Source of the DNA: Candidatus Ancaeobacter aquaticus
GTDB lineage: Bacteria > Auribacterota > Ancaeobacteria > Ancaeobacterales > Ancaeobacteraceae
Length of the DNA: 20,000 nucleotides
Reading direction: 5' to 3'
NCBI GenBank assembly: GCA_030765405.1
Contig: JAVCCP010000078.1
Coordinates: 48,770 to 68,769, forward strand
The translations under genes and the position numbers were made by a program. Position 1 is the first letter of the stretch; every line of letters starts with the position of its first letter. The notes below the pieces were generated by a model that worked only from the letters and a program-made list of their open reading frames with translations, was not told where the DNA came from and did no database searches. Shown here in pieces: positions 15,393 to 20,000 of the stretch.

Positions 15393-18300
15393 ATGAAAAC
15401 CAATTATACCATTACTAAGATTCTGTTCAGGAAGGGAGTGTCGCTAGTTACTGCGCTATCGTTCATGTGGGCAAATGTCTTTTGGACAGTGCCGATACTT
15501 GCAGCGCCAGGCGATTATTATGGTAACCGTAGCACAGATGCGCGAAAAGCGAAGACCGGGCGATTCAGTAGGTCTGCGGTAATAAAAAGAATCGAGCGCG
15601 AAAAGGCTAAGGCAAACAAAAATAGGGATATTAGCAAAGGCATCAAAGCGATAAATAAGCAAAAGGCTGAGACTCGCAAAGCTAACTACGACGCCGAGCA
15701 AAAGACGCGCGAATCTGATATGAAACGTATGCGGGCGTTGAAAGAGTTTGAGGCGTACGCTAAATCGAAATCTAAAACGACCCGTCGCAAGCGTGGAAGC
15801 CGCAAAGGACCGGGAGGGTCAACTGTTGTCACTAATTCGCGGGGGGATACTGTCCAGATCCTTAATCAGAAAAATATGAAAAAGGACGGAAGCTTTACTG
15901 TTTCCAACACCTATGGTCTTGGCGGCCCCAGTAGCGATATGTCATATGTAAAGTCTGCCGGCGGTGGTCCATGGCTATTGGCCGGTAAGATAACAGACGT
16001 AATTGGTTCTGATGGGGGACAGGTTTCAAAGACAGTATTTACGGCAAAATATTATGAGAGATCAGGAGCCGTTGATAACCTGCGTGAGACCAAAGCAGAT
16101 GAAATGAGTGAATTTACTGAGACGACAACAAATTATTTGACAGGCGAAGAAACCTCGGTTCACCGTAGTAATATTGCATACTATAATGATAAGGCAACCG
16201 CAGCAAATAAGGGATATTTGAAGGGGCAGGTTGCGAGCTATACCGAGATACAAAAATCAAACCAAGCGCCAAATGCTCCGACACATGTGCAGCGATCATG
16301 GATTACGTACGCGGATAAAGATCCAAAGAATAAAGTAAAAGGTGTTTCTCAAAGCGTGCTGATGACTGGATATGATGATACGTCGAAACAAATGTTTATA
16401 CGGCCTACCGGTATCACTAACGGCCCGGAAACTAAGACACAGAGAAGAAATATTGCCTATGATAAAGAAGACAGAATGGTCAGCTATGATAATACGAGTA
16501 AAAGCAGAGGGATTACGACGACCGAAAAATATAAAGTCACTGAATATGACAAGAGAGACAGGGTAAAAAGTTTTGTCAGTGAGCGTATTGACGCAGGCGT
16601 TCGCTCAAAAGAAACACGAACGAATATTGCTTATAACAATGTTTCAGATCAGATGCTTTCATATACCAGTTCTGTCCAAACCGGATCCGGCACAAACATT
16701 GTTACCGCACTGACAAATTTTGCGGCAAAAAGTTACGATAACGTTGGCCGCATGGCGACATGGACATCAACTGAAACGCTTGGCGGAATAACGACAGTAA
16801 CATCACGAGACAACACCGTTTTTGATAAGTTTGGTTTGACGACAAGTACTCAGGAAACATCAACGATTGGTAATATGGTCACCAAAACCAATCGGAACAA
16901 TGTCTACAACTTTAGCGGAATGAGTGCCGGATATACGGAAACAGTCAGAGAGAGCGGTTCATACGTTGATAAGAACGGCAAAACCGTTAAACTGAATAAT
17001 ATTTTCACAAACAAGCAGTCAGGCGTTACGTATAACGCACAATTCCAGATGACCGGATTCAAACGTGAAACAAAGGATATACTTGGCGTTAAAACATCTT
17101 CCGCGCGATCAGGTATTACGTACAATGCCGCTGGTGTAAATGCAGGACTTATGAGCGGTTTTACGGAAAAGAGCGTTGGTGCGCAAGGGTCTGAAGCTGA
17201 ATATACACAGATCGGCATTACCTATGATGAGCGCGGGAATATAAAGGGCAATTGTGAGAAGGGTGTTAGAGACGGTAACGAGTATGAAATGGTTAGAGAG
17301 GATATGAAGTATGATGCGCGCAGCAGGATGATCCACTCAAAAACAACCAATATTGATGAAGACGGGTTGATCATTGATCAGCCATTAGTTGATATTACCG
17401 CATATGATGTGAGAGGAAATGTTCTTTCACAGTCAATGGAAACCTATATAGAAGAGATCAATGCCGCCGGGGATCGCATACCCGGTAAGATGGAGCTTAT
17501 TGACAAGAGCTTTACTGAAAACTTTGATTATGACGGCAGAGATAACGCGCACGAGTCAACAAGCGATTCGTGGGTATTTAATCCTGAGACAAAGGCGCTT
17601 GAGCCTGATTCACGCACAGAAACATCAACGGCTAAATTTGATAAGTATGGAAATGCGCTTGAACAAAAGATCCTTTCAAAAGGCGCGAAACTCGATCCAA
17701 AGTTTGATGTTGTTCTGGTCGCAGGAAAACCTGTGTGGGAAGACATTGAGCGTCAGGATATCATTAATAAGAATTTTGTTAAAGGTGTTCCAGAACTATC
17801 AGAAACACTGACAAGTATTTATGATCCCGCAGTAAGTAAATATCTTCCATCAGATTATAAGATTATACAATCAACGTTTGATCCAAAGACAGGTGATGCG
17901 ATCAAGCAGGTTATAGATACGTTTACAGCATCTACCGATGCTGCCGGTAATGTAGTTATTGTACCGATGGCAGGAGGCGCGGTAGGTGGAATTGGCGGAG
18001 CGGGAGTTGGTGTAGGCGGAGTTGGTGTAGGCGTAGGTGGAGTTGGTGCCGGTGGCGTTGGCGGTGTAGGCGTAGGCGGAGTTGGCGTAGGTGGAGTTGG
18101 CGTAGGTGGAGTTGGCGTAGGCGGTGTTGGTGTAGGTGGCGGTGGCGTAGGTGTAGGTGGTGCAGGTGGCGTTGGCGTAGGTGGTGTGGGCGGTGTAGGC
18201 GGAGTTGGCGCAGGAGCAGGAGTTGTTATAGCTGTAGTCCCGCCATCTGCTTTAAAGCCGACAGTAGATACAAGCGGTTGGAGCGCTAAAAGTAAAGCTG

Positions 18301-20000
18301 ATCTTATAAAGTTGGCCGCTGATTTTTCGAAAAAGGCAAAAGATACAAATGATCCTACCCAGTACAGGAATGCTCTTGCCGCTGCACGAACAGCACTGGC
18401 CATGGCATTAAAACCTCCAGCAGGAGTGACGGTTAACTGGACTGATGTGTCAAACGCATTAAAGGAACTGAACTCGATTGTAAAAAGTGTTCCAGCCAAT
18501 GAAACAGCTGCTTATAAAAATATTGTTGAGAAAGCATATTTCGATGCGTTAGGAAAAGCCTTGGTGACAAAAAGTTTTAGAGGGTACCGCACACTCCAAC
18601 GTGTTGGCAGAAGGACAAGAAATTATCCCGCTCAGCTTGCAAAGCTTCTTGTTTATAAAAGCCGTTTAGGCTATAGAGACCGCAGAAATGTAAATAAGGT
18701 TATTAAAGAAATGCAGAGGATTGAAGCTAATCCGAATGATTATGTAGTTCTTTCCGATGCCGCTAAGAATATTTCAAAAGCCATGCCGTATTTTGGCGAG
18801 TACGCGTCACGTGCAATGGAAAAGGCATTGGGAATAGTTATTGATACAAATAATTCTGCAGGAATAGCGCAGATAACAAAAGATATGGTTGAAAGCAAAG
18901 ATTACCGGTCACTGGCAACTGCCGGAAAGAATCTGATAGAAAAAGATGCAGGAAAATATGGAGCCAAGGTACTCGGATTTTATAATTCTATACTGGCCGA
19001 AGCGGCCAAACTTCCATCAGCGACAGATGCAGAGAAGAAGTCCCGAGATGAACTGCTTGGAGGGCTTACCAAAGCCTATAGTGATATAAACGCGTGTAAA
19101 GAATATAGCGCAAAGATCTCTGCTATGCGTGTTGCCGGAACGATATCAAACGACGAAGCTAACAAGGCTCTTAATACAATCTTGAATATTGCTGTATCAA
19201 AGAATGAACCCGGTAATGCGGGGATAATACTTGGAGCATATCTTGATATCAATGATGCGGGAATAAAGGGAAGAAAAAAACAGATAACCGCCCCTGACGG
19301 AAAGACAAAGATTGATGTAACAGTCGACACTTCATTTATGTCTGATGGTAAAGGAGGATATACAACGGTTGATGTAATACAAAAAACGGCAGTAGGTTGG
19401 ACAGATTTAAAATTTGGGAAAGAGGTCGCAGGTGTAGTAACAGTAATAAAGCCGGCTTCATCTCAAAAAGTTACTACGGTAACCATAGATAATAAAAGCT
19501 GGACAATAGAAGGTGGCGGAACGGATGCGACAGGCAATTATTTAACTGTTACTACTGGAACAGGTACATCTAAAGAAACGAAAACAATCAGAAAGGTGCC
19601 GATTAACGGTGTTGATTGGAATATTGACACATCGACAAAAGATGCTTTAGGTAAAGATGTATGGAATATAGGCCTTCCGGCGGAATCGTATGCTATTAAT
19701 GTTTCTGCGGATCTTGCGTTGAATTTATTAGGAAGTGCGATTGATAAAGCAAAAACTGTTGGTATAGGTGTTGGTGTCATATCTCCTGAAGCAGCAGCTG
19801 CCGCGTCTGGAGCAGCAGCCCCAGCAGCAGCAGTAGTTCCTGGAGCGGCTGGCGGAGTCGGAGTAGGTGCTGGCGGAGTTGGAGTAGGTGCTGGCGGAGT
19901 TGGAGTAGGTGCTGGCGGAGTTGGAGTAGGTGCTGGCGGAGTTGGAGTAGGTGCTGGCGGAGTTGGAGTAGGTGCTGGTGGAGTTGGAGTAGGTGCTGGC
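15393..20000 (+). CDS. Giant secreted repeat protein (at least 1536 aa, 3' truncated): signal peptide, basic region, YD/RHS-like repeats, Gly-Val tracts, helical and beta domains
   Basis: I translated it manually from ATG 15393 (RBS GAGGTG) and found no stop codon up to 20000. It begins MKTNYTITKILFRKGVSLVTALSFMWANVFWTVPILA and ends VGVGAG. The ORF track omits it because there is no stop in the window. Confidence 0.93.
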   Translation, partial: MKTNYTITKILFRKGVSLVTALSFMWANVFWTVPILAAPGDYYGNRSTDARKAKTGRFSRSAVIKRIEREKAKANKNRDISKGIKAINKQKAETRKANYDAEQKTRESDMKRMRALKEFEAYAKSKSKTTRRKRGSRKGPGGSTVVTNSRGDTVQILNQKNMKKDGSFTVSNTYGLGGPSSDMSYVKSAGGGPWLLAGKITDVIGSDGGQVSKTVFTAKYYERSGAVDNLRETKADEMSEFTETTTNYLTGEETSVHRSNIAYYNDKATAANKGYLKGQVASYTEIQKSNQAPNAPTHVQRSWITYADKDPKNKVKGVSQSVLMTGYDDTSKQMFIRPTGITNGPETKTQRRNIAYDKEDRMVSYDNTSKSRGITTTEKYKVTEYDKRDRVKSFVSERIDAGVRSKETRTNIAYNNVSDQMLSYTSSVQTGSGTNIVTALTNFAAKSYDNVGRMATWTSTETLGGITTVTSRDNTVFDKFGLTTSTQETSTIGNMVTKTNRNNVYNFSGMSAGYTETVRESGSYVDKNGKTVKLNNIFTNKQSGVTYNAQFQMTGFKRETKDILGVKTSSARSGITYNAAGVNAGLMSGFTEKSVGAQGSEAEYTQIGITYDERGNIKGNCEKGVRDGNEYEMVREDMKYDARSRMIHSKTTNIDEDGLIIDQPLVDITAYDVRGNVLSQSMETYIEEINAAGDRIPGKMELIDKSFTENFDYDGRDNAHESTSDSWVFNPETKALEPDSRTETSTAKFDKYGNALEQKILSKGAKLDPKFDVVLVAGKPVWEDIERQDIINKNFVKGVPELSETLTSIYDPAVSKYLPSDYKIIQSTFDPKTGDAIKQVIDTFTASTDAAGNVVIVPMAGGAVGGIGGAGVGVGGVGVGVGGVGAGGVGGVGVGGVGVGGVGVGGVGVGGVGVGGGGVGVGGAGGVGVGGVGGVGGVGAGAGVVIAVVPPSALKPTVDTSGWSAKSKADLIKLAADFSKKAKDTNDPTQYRNALAAARTALAMALKPPAGVTVNWTDVSNALKELNSIVKSVPANETAAYKNIVEKAYFDALGKALVTKSFRGYRTLQRVGRRTRNYPAQLAKLLVYKSRLGYRDRRNVNKVIKEMQRIEANPNDYVVLSDAAKNISKAMPYFGEYASRAMEKALGIVIDTNNSAGIAQITKDMVESKDYRSLATAGKNLIEKDAGKYGAKVLGFYNSILAEAAKLPSATDAEKKSRDELLGGLTKAYSDINACKEYSAKISAMRVAGTISNDEANKALNTILNIAVSKNEPGNAGIILGAYLDINDAGIKGRKKQITAPDGKTKIDVTVDTSFMSDGKGGYTTVDVIQKTAVGWTDLKFGKEVAGVVTVIKPASSQKVTTVTIDNKSWTIEGGGTDATGNYLTVTTGTGTSKETKTIRKVPINGVDWNIDTSTKDALGKDVWNIGLPAESYAINVSADLALNLLGSAIDKAKTVGIGVGVISPEAAAAASGAAAPAAAVVPGAAGGVGVGAGGVGVGAGGVGVGAGGVGVGAGGVGVGAGGVGVGAGGVGVGAG
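17973..18221 (+). repeat. Gly-Val low-complexity coding tract (83 aa, GGVGV/VGGVG-type units)
   Basis: The translation contains only G, V, A and I (GGAVGGIGGAGVGVGGVGVGVGGVGAGGVGG...), with mixed synonymous codons. Confidence 0.95.
19848..20000 (+). repeat. 21-bp coding tandem repeat gctggcggagttggagtaggt (AGGVGVG), at least 7.3 copies
   Basis: Units start at 19848, 19869, 19890, 19911, 19932, 19953, 19974 and 19995 (partial). Only two single-base synonymous variants occur. The array runs off the window end. Confidence 0.97.

Noticed and set aside
13459..15403. Minus-strand ORFs at 13459-13743, 14689-14907 and 15161-15403
   Set aside because: They are short with low-complexity translations. 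They overlap the 347-aa gene, AT-rich spacer or the riboswitch and terminator, which explain the sequence better.
17855..18499. Minus-strand 214-aa ORF with (TPPTP)n Pro/Thr repeats resembling a mucin-like linker
   Set aside because: It is the antisense shadow of the Gly-Val tract in the giant + strand ORF. GGT/GTA codons read as ACC/CCT-type codons on the other strand, and it has no RBS or independent context.
15404..20000. Apparent gene-poor region containing only short ORFs in the supplied track
   Set aside because: This is an artefact. One uninterrupted + strand frame runs from 15393 to 20000 and was omitted because it lacks a stop codon. The short ORFs overlap it in other frames.

Overview
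AT-rich bacterial chromosomal window in which every real gene is on the + strand. The left half (1-9131) is mostly housekeeping: the recN 3' end, a CPBP (CAAX-II) membrane protease, GTP-dependent PEP carboxykinase, purC, a split cobalamin-dependent methionine synthase, a secreted BsuPI-domain protein and an enolase-superfamily enzyme with non-canonical catalytic residues. The right half (9361-20000) encodes three uncharacterised signal-peptide proteins: a 1278-aa TPR protein, a basic 347-aa protein, and a giant ORF (15393 to beyond 20000, at least 1536 aa). The ORF track omits the giant ORF because it has no stop codon in the window. It carries YD/RHS-like repeats and two elastin/silk-like Gly-Val tracts. 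Its leader contains a sigma54-type promoter, a c-di-GMP-I (GEMM-I) riboswitch with an atypical P2 loop, and an intrinsic terminator with a clear antiterminator pairing, which predicts an OFF switch at high c-di-GMP. The giant repeat proteins resemble those described in PVC-group lineages such as Omnitrophota, but the taxonomy is inference only.
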